A stretch of 64,000 nt of DNA from a virus (Duplodnaviria > Caudoviricetes): IMG/VR virus record IMGVR_UViG_3300049988_000245, positions 1 to 64,000 of that record; one strand, 5' to 3'. The notes beneath the pieces were generated by a model. It was not told the origin of the DNA. It saw nothing but the letters and a program-made list of their open reading frames with translations, and searched no databases. The translations under genes and the position numbers were made by a program. Shown here piece by piece: positions 9,046 to 17,653 of the stretch; the stretch's first letter is position 1; the number at the start of each line of letters is the position of its first letter.

Positions 9046-9515
9046 TGTCGGATCACCGTGACGAATTGCTTAAGCTCGGGTTCCCCGAGGCAGTCGCCGA
9101 ATCGGCTGATCTCGCCGAGAAATCAGGACTGTTCGATCTCAAGCCGCCAAGCTTGGAATACAAAATGTGGTTGGTCATCCGCACGGACTTGCCCTTGAGC
9201 CAGGGAAAGATGGGCGCGCAGGTAGGGCACGCGTTCGGTCGCCTTTATATGGAAGCGTCTAAATTCCGCCCCGGCCAGTTTGAAGCCTATCTGGCAGATA
9301 ACGAGCCAAAAATTACCGTCAAAGTCTCCGATGAGGCTAAGCTGCTTCGAGTCTATCTGGAGGCGAAGGCCGCTGGAATTCCCTGTCAATTGATCCGGGA
9401 TGCAGGACGCTCGGAAATCGCCGCAAACACACCTACAGTGTGTGCGTTTGGTCCGTCCTATAGGGATGACCTGCCGCCCTATCTACGGCGCCTACAGGTG
9501 CTCAGAGACGAATAG
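9045..9515 (+). CDS. pth2: Peptidyl-tRNA hydrolase, Pth2 family
   Basis: KMWLVIRTDL.LS.GKMGAQVGHA, PKITVKV, IRDAGRSEI...T.T..A.GP. Confidence 0.9.
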   Translation: MSDHRDELLKLGFPEAVAESADLAEKSGLFDLKPPSLEYKMWLVIRTDLPLSQGKMGAQVGHAFGRLYMEASKFRPGQFEAYLADNEPKITVKVSDEAKLLRVYLEAKAAGIPCQLIRDAGRSEIAANTPTVCAFGPSYRDDLPPYLRRLQVLRDE

Positions 9516-9708
9516 ACGTCTTAGTCTCGGTTATCCCACGGGCAATCTCGGCAATGAACGGCTCAGCGGCGGGATTGGCCACTAGAGTCTGTTCGGCTAG
9601 AAGCTGGAAGCTCTGCATCGCTTCCCGCCTAGCTTCTGCGCTCTTCTGCACAAGGACCTTATCCCGCGCTGCTAATAGCAGCGCCATTCCGAGCGTGAAA
9701 TCAGACAT
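9502..9708 (-). CDS. Hypothetical protein (68 aa)
   Basis: ORF with possible GGAAC-N17-GGTT promoter at 9788-9763. Confidence 0.5.
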   Translation of the reverse strand: MSDFTLGMALLLAARDKVLVQKSAEARREAMQSFQLLAEQTLVANPAAEPFIAEIARGITETKTSIRL

Positions 9709-9849
9709 ATCTCAACCCACGTATCAACGTGAGTAGGTCTCTCACATCAAAGCGGACCTATCAACCCTGGGCACCACAAATTGGTTCCACGAAATGGATA
9801 TGAATCCCTCGTTCAGGGTTAGAACTATGGACAAATGGATTCATAGAAG

Positions 9850-10248
9850 TCATCCTGGCGTTTGAGCCAGAATCAACATGGTCATGAAATCTTCACTCGT
9901 GCATGCAACGAAGAACATGTCATCGTTCATGCGAAGAATCACCGAACGTTCGATCAGTTCCGCGCTTGCATCCCGTATTTCGACCCAATCCAAGGTGTTT
10001 GATTCGGCTACCCATTGGGTATTTTTACCAAGGGACGTTGTGGTCGGGGTAAACGCATTGTGCGTAAAGAACACACCCTCGTATTGGGTCTCTACTTCAA
10101 TCGAATGGGCATCAGGTGGAGCATCCGCTGAAACTGAAGCAACGACATCGGCAGCATAACTGAAGTACCGCTCGACCAAGGAACCGGCGGTTACGCCGTA
10201 TTGCACGGGAAGTTCTTCACGATCTAAACTCAACCTTACTGCGCGCAT
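9850..10248 (-). CDS. Hypothetical protein, possibly distant family-F member
   Basis: SD GAGGA; C-terminal WV...FFVACTSEDFMTMLILA. Confidence 0.55.
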   Translation of the reverse strand: MRAVRLSLDREELPVQYGVTAGSLVERYFSYAADVVASVSADAPPDAHSIEVETQYEGVFFTHNAFTPTTTSLGKNTQWVAESNTLDWVEIRDASAELIERSVILRMNDDMFFVACTSEDFMTMLILAQTPG

Positions 10249-10501
10249 GTGAAACAGTTTTCCTCAGCCCGGAATCGTCCCAGCCCCCTCAGGCTAATCG
10301 AGACCGCGCGAACCAATTCGTATCCAACCCAAAGCTTTTCTCAAGAGATAGGTGCCTCCGTAAGAGCTTATTAGGGGTACGGTTAATGAATTGTGAACGC
10401 AAATCGCCGGATGCATGCGACAAAAATTCTCCGTCTCTTTCACTGAGAACGCTAGTCTAGAGAATTTCTACCTCACAAAGCCGTGACCGGATCGACATAA
10501 A

Positions 10502-10535
10502 TGAAGCCACCGCCTTTGACAAGGCGGTGGCTTCA
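10502..10535. terminator. Perfect 15-bp hairpin terminator
   Basis: TGAAGCCACCGCCTT-TGAC-AAGGCGGTGGCTTCA. Confidence 0.7.
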
Positions 10536-10553
10536 CCGTTTTGGTCAAGCGAA

Positions 10554-11984
10554 TCAGTACTTCGCATACGCCTTTTTGAATCCCTCGACGCTGGTCTGCA
10601 AGGGCTCCATCAGAGTAGGCTCAACGTAGGAAGAGGCCGCCATCCGCTTGGTCACCGCATCGATATAGCAGGAGAACTTTCCTTCCGGGCTCGTGGTGAG
10701 CGCGATCGGTGCCCCGAGCAGGCTGGGGATCGACGGGTGCTGATCGAGTAGCGCCGTGTCCACGGACACACTCGCATCTTTGAACGAACTCACCGCCATC
10801 TTGAGGAAAAACGCCACGTCCTGGCCCTCGTCGTGCCGTGTAAACTCCTTCCCGAATCCGACATTCTTGTAGCCAAGCAGTAGGATGGGAATCTTCTTGG
10901 ACAAGGCGGCGTTGATAAATTCCGCCGTGACCCAGAGCGGCTGAGCCCCAACCACGTGCTGAGCCATCACCTTGACCCGCTGCCAGCCCGGATTGACCGT
11001 CGCGTTGATCTCTTCGACCAGGGCGAGACCCTTGGCGGACGAGCAAGAGACGCCAATCGCCTTGACGTATGTCTGCACGGCCTGGAGCTTGGCCGGGTCC
11101 GCGAGCCAGCGGTCCGACAGGGTCGTGAAGTTCGCCACCATCTCGTGCCCTGCGATTTCCTTGAGAATTTCGACGAAATCCGGATGGTCGGTCGGCTCTC
11201 CGCCGCCGATGGCGATCTCGAACACCTTCATCTTGGCGAGAAGATTGATGGTAGACCGAAGCGTCTTCATGCTGGCGTGCTTGCCCGCTTCGGTAGACGA
11301 CTGGTAGCAGAACTTGCACCCGGCGGCGCAGTAGTCGGTGATCTTGAGATCGACTAACTCAGGCACCGACGACTTCAGATAGGGTTCGTCCTTTACGGAC
11401 ATTCGCACCTTGTTACCTGTACGCTTGTCGAAGATCGTAATATGGTTTCCCTCCTCACGGACGGAGTTGTTGTAGCTCGACTTCAGCGTCTCGAACAACT
11501 CCTCTTCTTCGCAGCCATGCATGACGAAGGGATAGTTCGCCGAGTCGTCCCGGCCGCCGACCACGACGATGCGGTTGGACTGGAACAGGTTGATCAGCGT
11601 ATGGACATAGGCAGGGTGAAGTGGATCAGCCGGATGACTGATCTGTGAATTTCCAGAGACGTAGAAGTTGCCGTAGCCGTAGTTGTACTGCTCGTCGTCG
11701 TCCGTCTCCGTGGAGGCCACGAGTTCGGCAATGTTAGACAAATGCGGCGTGAAAATCTCGACAAGCTTCTTCTGATCGCAACCCCCGCCGAGGAGCAGGG
11801 CTGCAAGGTAACGCATCTTATCCTCGGTCGAAACCAAACGAAACTCCGTTTCACCAAAGGCGGTCTCGGTCTCGTTGATCGGCTCGAATTTGCCGACCAT
11901 GTCCTCGGGGATCAGCACGACCGAGTGGGACGAACTCGAATTGGTTGCGAATCCCGCACGAAGGTTATGAATGAAGATCGGCAT
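10554..11984 (-). CDS. Radical SAM protein with N-terminal GFATNSSSSHS domain
   Basis: CxxxCxxC (CAAGCKFC), GGGEP, NFTT; start MPIFIH with SD AAGGAG. Confidence 0.85.
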   Translation of the reverse strand: MPIFIHNLRAGFATNSSSSHSVVLIPEDMVGKFEPINETETAFGETEFRLVSTEDKMRYLAALLLGGGCDQKKLVEIFTPHLSNIAELVASTETDDDEQYNYGYGNFYVSGNSQISHPADPLHPAYVHTLINLFQSNRIVVVGGRDDSANYPFVMHGCEEEELFETLKSSYNNSVREEGNHITIFDKRTGNKVRMSVKDEPYLKSSVPELVDLKITDYCAAGCKFCYQSSTEAGKHASMKTLRSTINLLAKMKVFEIAIGGGEPTDHPDFVEILKEIAGHEMVANFTTLSDRWLADPAKLQAVQTYVKAIGVSCSSAKGLALVEEINATVNPGWQRVKVMAQHVVGAQPLWVTAEFINAALSKKIPILLLGYKNVGFGKEFTRHDEGQDVAFFLKMAVSSFKDASVSVDTALLDQHPSIPSLLGAPIALTTSPEGKFSCYIDAVTKRMAASSYVEPTLMEPLQTSVEGFKKAYAKY

Positions 11985-12011
11985 ATGCACTCCTTGAAAT
12001 CCGTTACCCAT

Positions 12012-12043
12012 GCGATACGCTGAATCATCGAAATGGTCAAACC
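12012..12043 (-). promoter_or_regulatory. Sigma70-type promoter of the recurrent GGTTTGAC class
   Basis: TTGACC-N17-TATCGC; same GGTTTGAC -35 context at 31787-31780, 48810-48803 and 59797-59790 (all minus strand). Confidence 0.55.
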
Positions 12044-12120
12044 AAATTTCGACCAAGGTTAATTTTGACTCTTCGGGTCCTTCACCCGCATGATGGATGA
12101 ATATTCTGTAGGTGGTTTTG

Positions 12121-12777
12121 ATGACCGTAGAAGATGCCATTGAGGCTTTGGCCCATCATGTGAACCGGGGTCTATTTTCGATCCAGCACGAGGACTCGTG
12201 GGCGTTCAAGTTTGTCCAGAACGTCTCCGAGTATATCCGCAGGGACAAGCCTCTTTCGACCGAACAGGGACGAATTATCCTTCGAATCCTCGGAAAGCAC
12301 CGCGCCTATATGATCGAGCATGGCAGCGATGCCGATGCGATTGATAGCCTTCTCCTAAGGCCCCGGTACCGCAACGATCCCTATCCATCGGCGAACGTGC
12401 CGCGAGAGGTTCGCCATCTCGGCGACAACCTGCTGGGATTCCGGTTCAAGCGGAACGACGAGATTTCCCAGGCCCTCCAGGCGCTTGTCGCCTATCGGCC
12501 GTACAAGCTGGATAATCTGTGGTTCCACCGCGAGCATCGGCTCTGGGTGGTCCCGATCACCCGACACAACCTCGAAGGCGCCATGTCGGTGATCCGCGAT
12601 CACCGGTTTGGATTCGACGAAGGCGTGGCCGAGTACCTGACCGCATGCGAGAACAACAAGCGCCGCCCGGCAGAGTTTGCCTCCGACGACTCGATCGGCA
12701 TCATCGCGGGTCAGGTCTATGATTGCGAGATCGTCGCGTGGTGGTCTCGGACTGTCCTCGGAGGATCACTCGCATGA
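12121..12777 (+). CDS. Hypothetical protein resembling the N-terminal part of phage SNF2-type helicases
   Basis: FVQNVSEYI...PLSTEQ, FRFKRN..I, WFHREHRLWVVP (HARP-like pattern). Confidence 0.5.
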   Translation: MTVEDAIEALAHHVNRGLFSIQHEDSWAFKFVQNVSEYIRRDKPLSTEQGRIILRILGKHRAYMIEHGSDADAIDSLLLRPRYRNDPYPSANVPREVRHLGDNLLGFRFKRNDEISQALQALVAYRPYKLDNLWFHREHRLWVVPITRHNLEGAMSVIRDHRFGFDEGVAEYLTACENNKRRPAEFASDDSIGIIAGQVYDCEIVAWWSRTVLGGSLA

Positions 12778-13547
12778 TGCAGGAATACATCTTTCCCTCA
12801 GACCCTTCGGTGGCCCGCAGGCTGGTCCAGTTAAGCCGGGTGACCCAAACACGGATTACCGTGGAGATTGAGGCTCTAGCCACACGCGGGCTTCTCGCAC
12901 CGGAAGACTTTGCCGGAGCACCATCCCTGACGGAGACCCAGCAGAAAGCAGTCCAGAAACTGATCGACTACCGCTTGCGTGGGGTGCTCTTGGGTGACTC
13001 CGACGACGGCGGGCGTAGCGCAATCCTGATGGCGTGCCGCCTCCAGGGGGTTCGGCCGATTCTCGTATGCACCCGGAGGGCCAGCCAGTGGGCACAGTCG
13101 GCCGAACTCTTTGGTCTCACCTGGGGTAGCGATCCCCTGGTGGACACGGACGTGCTGATCCTGAAAGCATCCGATATCCTACGTCAGGACGTGGTCCGGG
13201 ATCGTAGAAACGGCGTTCTGGTGATCGAGCACACTGATAAGTCCGACTTTGTCCAGGGAACGGAGAATAACGATCAGGCGATTACCCGTGAGTTTGCACG
13301 GGTAATCGTTCTAGCGAACTTCGGTTCGCTCACCCGGACGTTCCACTCGTGGACACGACAGTGTGACATCGCCCTTGGCGTGGCTCTCACCTACCTCTGG
13401 CCGGGCGAGATATTGAAGATTCTCAACCAGACCCATGCGAGGGTGATCGACCTAAAGAGCAGGGGATTCACAAAGTACCGCCCGGCAGACTTGTACTTTA
13501 TGTTCAACGTGATCCCCGACCTGCTGGGGGAACGCGGCCCGCGTTAG
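12774..13547 (+). CDS. Degenerate SNF2-like ATPase N-terminal domain
   Basis: LTETQQKAVQKL...VLLGDSDDGGRS aligns to motif I without the Walker A Lys; ILVC..ASQW. Confidence 0.45.
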   Translation: MMQEYIFPSDPSVARRLVQLSRVTQTRITVEIEALATRGLLAPEDFAGAPSLTETQQKAVQKLIDYRLRGVLLGDSDDGGRSAILMACRLQGVRPILVCTRRASQWAQSAELFGLTWGSDPLVDTDVLILKASDILRQDVVRDRRNGVLVIEHTDKSDFVQGTENNDQAITREFARVIVLANFGSLTRTFHSWTRQCDIALGVALTYLWPGEILKILNQTHARVIDLKSRGFTKYRPADLYFMFNVIPDLLGERGPR

Positions 13548-14008
13548 GACCACCGCATCCGGAATTCGAACGCGTCGTCCTGGCGGTGGAAGTCGATTCG
13601 ATCGTGTTTGAACCCCAACACGATATGGCGGCCACGCTGGTTCAGCCACTCCGCGATGTCGTCGCGGAGCTTGCGGTCATTCGATCCGTAGCGGACAGGA
13701 ACCCACATGTCCTTGGTCAAACGCACATGGGGGACCTCGGCACGCATCGTCAGGATCGGCCGGAACCAGAGAATGCGGATCGTCTCCGCATCCTTCGGGC
13801 ACTGCGGATCGTACTGGCCAATCATCCAGCGGGGCTGGCCGCCCTTCTGCTTCCATTCGAGATCGAAGTCCCCGTCGAGGCGCCGCCACGTCTTTCCGGG
13901 CGTCGTCCCCGTGGGGAGGCTCGCACTGTAGTCGGAAAGCTTCATGAACTCCAAGCAGTTCATCCGCATCACCGGGAGACTGTCGATGTACGCACGATGA
14001 TCGTTCAT
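13544..14008 (-). CDS. Family-F domain fused to an N-terminal DYSASLPTGTTPGKTW domain
   Basis: Ends IDFHRQDDAFEFRMRWS. Confidence 0.75.
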   Translation of the reverse strand: MNDHRAYIDSLPVMRMNCLEFMKLSDYSASLPTGTTPGKTWRRLDGDFDLEWKQKGGQPRWMIGQYDPQCPKDAETIRILWFRPILTMRAEVPHVRLTKDMWVPVRYGSNDRKLRDDIAEWLNQRGRHIVLGFKHDRIDFHRQDDAFEFRMRWS

Positions 14009-14241
14009 CCGAATCTCATCTTGAATTCAAATGCGGTGTTTGCATCAGTAAAAAAGAACATAATGATGTCGAAGTCGTCACGTTGATCTTGCACGTCGTA
14101 GGAGAATTCCCCAGCGGTATCGCCCGCGCCGCAGAACCCCATCATGGCGTCCCAACGCTCGTCCTCATCAAAGCCTATCTTCATCGGGACGCGATGGGTA
14201 AGATTCGGATCGAACTCGATCTCACAATTTTCCAGCGCCAT
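14005..14241 (-). CDS. Family-F small paralog
   Basis: Ends FFFTDANTAFEFKMRFG. Confidence 0.8.
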   Translation of the reverse strand: MALENCEIEFDPNLTHRVPMKIGFDEDERWDAMMGFCGAGDTAGEFSYDVQDQRDDFDIIMFFFTDANTAFEFKMRFG

Positions 14242-14480
14242 CAGCCGAACCTCATCTTGAACGCGAATGCCGTGTTCGGGTCGTTGAAGAAGAAGTCTAC
14301 TTCTTCCGGCTCGCCTTCATCGTTATCCACATAATTCCAGTCGAATTCCCCCGGATTGTCCTCGCTCTCACAAAATTCCAGCGCGGCCTCAAGCTTTGCT
14401 TGATCTAGGTCGGTCACACGGACACTGATCGTGTTGTCATCCGGATCGTAATACAGACTCTCGCTATTCTTCGCCATCAT
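14241..14480 (-). CDS. Family-F small paralog
   Basis: Ends FFFNDPNTAFAFKMRFG. Confidence 0.8.
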   Translation of the reverse strand: MMAKNSESLYYDPDDNTISVRVTDLDQAKLEAALEFCESEDNPGEFDWNYVDNDEGEPEEVDFFFNDPNTAFAFKMRFG

Positions 14481-14713
14481 CCGAACCTCATTTTGAAGGC
14501 GAAAGCGGTGTTCTCATTGGAGAAGTAGAACTCTCCCGTGTTGTCCGGACCGATACTAACCAGCCAGTCGAACGTTCCGATCGTATCGGGGTCCTGACAG
14601 AACGCCATCGCTTCTTTCCAGCGCGCGACATTGTCAAGGTCCGGATAAGCCACGGCGTACCCGTACCGCTTTTTCAGAACGTGCCTGTGCAGGGTTGGAT
14701 TGATAAGCGCCAT
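14477..14713 (-). CDS. Family-F small paralog
   Basis: Ends FYFSNENTAFAFKMRFG. Confidence 0.8.
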   Translation of the reverse strand: MALINPTLHRHVLKKRYGYAVAYPDLDNVARWKEAMAFCQDPDTIGTFDWLVSIGPDNTGEFYFSNENTAFAFKMRFG

Positions 14714-14826
14714 CTCCGCATAATGCGCCGAATCGTCGATTAGTCAAGTCTAATTCAACGCCAGAACATCCATTTTGAAGATAAATATACGCATATAACG
14801 ACAAAGCATTTTATAACAAAGGGATT

Positions 14827-16287
14827 ATGGAAAAGTGTATTTTAGAGATTACCGATCAGGTAAACGTTCGCTTTCGTGGGCTTGATGCCCAGACTAGACG
14901 GAAGCTTAACGATAAGCTGAAGTTCTTCGTCCCTTACGCCCGGCATATGCCCGCGTTCAAGCTTGGACGTTGGGACGGCAAGGTCTCGTTCGCCACGGCG
15001 GGCGGGGCAACATACCTGAATCTCCTCGACCGTGTCCTGCCCGTGGTGATGGATGCCGGATACGAGATCGAGATCGACGACAAGCGCCAGCAGTACGACT
15101 TCGAATTCCCTGAGATCACCGACGAACTCGTGGCGGACACGGATTGGCCCAAGGGCCACCCCATGGCGGGGACTCCGATCATGCTGCGCGACTATCAGGT
15201 GGAGGCGATCAAGCGGTACATCGCCAACCCGCAGTCGATCCAGTCGATCTCGACCGGAGCGGGTAAGACCCTGCTGACCGCATGCCTGTCCAAGCTGTGC
15301 CAGAACTTCGGCCGAACCATCGTAATCGTGCCCTCGAAGAGCCTCGTCGAACAGACCGAGGAGGACTACAAGAATCTCGGCCTCGACGTGGGCGTGTACT
15401 ACGGCGACCGCAAGGAATGGGGCCGCACCCACACGATCTCGACGTGGCAGTCCCTGGTCGCTCTGATGAAGCGCGGTTACGTCGAGGATGACGGCCCGAA
15501 CATCATGGAGATGATCGAGGGCGTCGTCTGCGTGATGGTCGATGAGGTGCATTCGGCCAAGGCGGATAAGCTCAAGGAGCTTCTGACCGGCCCCATGGCG
15601 GGCATCCCGCTGCGCTGGGGCCTCACCGGCACGGTGCCGAAGGAGGAGTTCGAATACCTCAGCCTGTACGCGGGTCTCGGTCCGGTGGTGGGCGAGATTC
15701 GTGCGTCCGACCTTCAGGAGAAGGGCGTGCTGGCGAATTGCCACGTGCAGATTCTTCAGCTTCGTGACGAGCACGTGGAGTTCAAGACCTACCCGGAGGA
15801 GACCGCGTTCCTCACTTCGGACAAGGCGCGGCTCAACTGGATCGCCGAGTACTGCACCGCCCTGGCGGAGTCCGGCAACACGCTGATTCTCGTCAACGGG
15901 ATCGAAACGGGAAAGTACCTGACCGACGCGATTCCTGGCGCCGCCTTCGTCTATGGGAACACCAAGTCGAAGGACCGCTCCAAGGAGTACAAAGAGGTCC
16001 AGGGGGCGACGAACAAGGTAATCATCGCCACGTACGGGGTGGCCGCCGTGGGCATCAATATCCCACGAATCTTCAACCTCGTCTTGTTCGAGGCCGGAAA
16101 GAGCTTCACCCGCGTGATTCAGTCGGTTGGACGTGGAATCCGTAAGGCGCAGGACAAAGATTCGGTAAACATCATCGACTTGTGTTCGACTGCGAAGTTC
16201 TCATCTAAGCACTTGGGTGCACGCAAGGTATTCTATTCTGATGCCGAGTACCCATTCAATATTACTAAGGTTGATTACCGTGATTGA
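14827..16287 (+). CDS. uvsW: SF2 DNA helicase UvsW
   Basis: LRDYQ, STGAGKT, VDEVH, GLTGT, TYGVAAVGINIP, QSVGRGIR; ATAAATA at 14781. Confidence 0.92.
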   Translation: MEKCILEITDQVNVRFRGLDAQTRRKLNDKLKFFVPYARHMPAFKLGRWDGKVSFATAGGATYLNLLDRVLPVVMDAGYEIEIDDKRQQYDFEFPEITDELVADTDWPKGHPMAGTPIMLRDYQVEAIKRYIANPQSIQSISTGAGKTLLTACLSKLCQNFGRTIVIVPSKSLVEQTEEDYKNLGLDVGVYYGDRKEWGRTHTISTWQSLVALMKRGYVEDDGPNIMEMIEGVVCVMVDEVHSAKADKLKELLTGPMAGIPLRWGLTGTVPKEEFEYLSLYAGLGPVVGEIRASDLQEKGVLANCHVQILQLRDEHVEFKTYPEETAFLTSDKARLNWIAEYCTALAESGNTLILVNGIETGKYLTDAIPGAAFVYGNTKSKDRSKEYKEVQGATNKVIIATYGVAAVGINIPRIFNLVLFEAGKSFTRVIQSVGRGIRKAQDKDSVNIIDLCSTAKFSSKHLGARKVFYSDAEYPFNITKVDYRD

Positions 16288-16352
16288 TATTGTGTATTAT
16301 AGTTGAACAAACTAAGCTTATTCTAGTTAATTAGCGTATCAGGAGAAAACCA

Positions 16353-16856
16353 ATTCGCATCTTGCTCCCGGAAAATACGTCATTCAATATGGCGGAACTT
16401 CCGAATGAAGTCGATGATCTGCGTTACTGTGTACTCGATTATTCGAATCAGCAGGATGTGGACTTCTACTACATTCCACTTATCTTCCTAGACGTTTTTC
16501 CTCGTCCCGCAGCAGACTTGAAGATCGGTCCCTACCGCATTCGCATGCCGCTGGATTGGTCGATCGTGATCGCGGACAAGGACTTCGGCTTCGTCGAGAT
16601 TCTAGAACTCAAGCATCTCAACGATCGTGAATTTTCGGCCTTCGCGCTGAATCCAATGAAGTCCTACATCCCGTCGTTCTTCGACATCACGATCGAGAAC
16701 GTCTTCCCGGACGCGACATGGCACATGCCGCGTTTGAAATATGGACACATTCTTGCTGTCCCTCTACACGATGGACCTGACCCGTTGTGTGCATTTTTCC
16801 TTCGGGATACCAACAAGATTCCCGAGTCACTCGATATTACCAAGATTTTTACTTAA
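16353..16856 (+). CDS. Hypothetical beta-rich protein after uvsW, probable AUU start
   Basis: AGGAG at 16341-16345, 7 nt before in-frame ATT giving MRILLPEN. Confidence 0.7.
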   Translation: MRILLPENTSFNMAELPNEVDDLRYCVLDYSNQQDVDFYYIPLIFLDVFPRPAADLKIGPYRIRMPLDWSIVIADKDFGFVEILELKHLNDREFSAFALNPMKSYIPSFFDITIENVFPDATWHMPRLKYGHILAVPLHDGPDPLCAFFLRDTNKIPESLDITKIFT

Positions 16857-16865
16857 GGACATACT

Positions 16866-17345
16866 ATGAGCATTCATAAGAAAGACATCGAAGACCTCGT
16901 TGAAGCCTTCACCGCCGCTGCCAAGCGCGGTAACAACTCGGCGATCAATCTGATCCCGAATCTCGTCAAGTCGCTCGTCCACTACGTGGAAGAGGCCACC
17001 GGCTACGTCCCGACCCCGACCCCTGGTCCGAAGGAAGAGCCGAAGATCGCCGTGCTCCCGGTCACCCCGGCCGCGCCTGCTCTGTCCACCGAGGACAAGG
17101 ACTTCGCTGCCGCTGTGGCGGAGAAGAACCTCACCGAGAACGGCAACGCCACGATCGAGACCGACGCGGGCAATTTCACCGTGACGGCGGACGAGTCCAC
17201 CGCTCCGGCTGAGATCGCCAAGGAAGCCATCGCAGAGGCCGAGGCCGAGGGTGCGACGGAGATCACCGCCGTGACCACCCAGGAGGCTGAGGAAGCCCCT
17301 GAGGCTGCGGAAACGGGCAAGAAGAAGCCCACCACGAAGAAGTAA
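16866..17345 (+). CDS. Ala/Glu/Thr-rich protein with basic tail
   Basis: SD AAGGA; strongly biased codons; ends KKKPTTKK. Confidence 0.7.
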   Translation: MSIHKKDIEDLVEAFTAAAKRGNNSAINLIPNLVKSLVHYVEEATGYVPTPTPGPKEEPKIAVLPVTPAAPALSTEDKDFAAAVAEKNLTENGNATIETDAGNFTVTADESTAPAEIAKEAIAEAEAEGATEITAVTTQEAEEAPEAAETGKKKPTTKK

Positions 17346-17349
17346 CAAA

Positions 17350-17375
17350 AAAGCCCCGGAGCGATCCGGGGCTTT
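17350..17375. terminator. Bidirectional intrinsic terminator
   Basis: AAAGCCCCGGA-GCGA-TCCGGGGCTTT between convergent genes. Confidence 0.8.
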
Positions 17376-17381
17376 CTCAAT

Positions 17382-17594
17382 TCAGGCCGGGCGGCCTGTG
17401 GTGGGACGGTCGGTTCCCAGGGTATGCTTGATCGCATCCTTGGCCGACCCAAAGACATTTTCGGCCTTGCCCTTGAGCTTGTCCAGGGTGCCCTCATTCT
17501 TGAGCTTTTCATCGCCCGTGAGGTTGCCGACGCCTTGTTTGATCGAGCCGCCCATTTGCTTGGCCGATCCCGTAATCCGGTTATTGTCTACCAT
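17382..17594 (-). CDS. csbD: CsbD-family general stress protein
   Basis: MVDNNRITGSAKQMGGSIKQGVGNLTGDEKLKNEG..DKLKGKAENVFG.AKD; SD GGAG. Confidence 0.85.
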   Translation of the reverse strand: MVDNNRITGSAKQMGGSIKQGVGNLTGDEKLKNEGTLDKLKGKAENVFGSAKDAIKHTLGTDRPTTGRPA

Positions 17595-17626
17595 AGAGTT
17601 AATCTCCAATCTAGTTGTGATTAGTT

Positions 17627-17651
17627 AACTACTATGTTAGGAAACTGTTCC
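17627..17651 (-). promoter_or_regulatory. EcfG/sigmaT-type general-stress promoter
   Basis: GGAAC-N16-AGTT versus consensus GGAAC-N16/17-CGTT. Confidence 0.55.
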
Positions 17652-17653
17652 AT

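Noticed and set aside
10554-11984. Radical SAM protein as PqqE partner of the phage PqqA
   Set aside because: No C-terminal SPASM cysteine cluster, no pqqB/C/D nearby, and it lies 48 kb from pqqA.
8797-14713. Family-F 3' ends as DNA recombination sites (integron-like cassettes)
   Set aside because: Copies differ at synonymous positions, so conservation is at protein level. No attC-like palindromes or integrase are seen.
14842-15774. Long antisense ORFs (also 6435-7421, 28921-29886, 41115-42011, 42870-43748)
   Set aside because: Shadows of strongly GC3-biased sense genes; no SD or recognisable motifs.
16353-16856. Hint/intein-like autoprocessing domain
   Set aside because: Beta-rich pattern is loosely suggestive, but there is no N-terminal Cys/Ser, TxxH or terminal HN motif.
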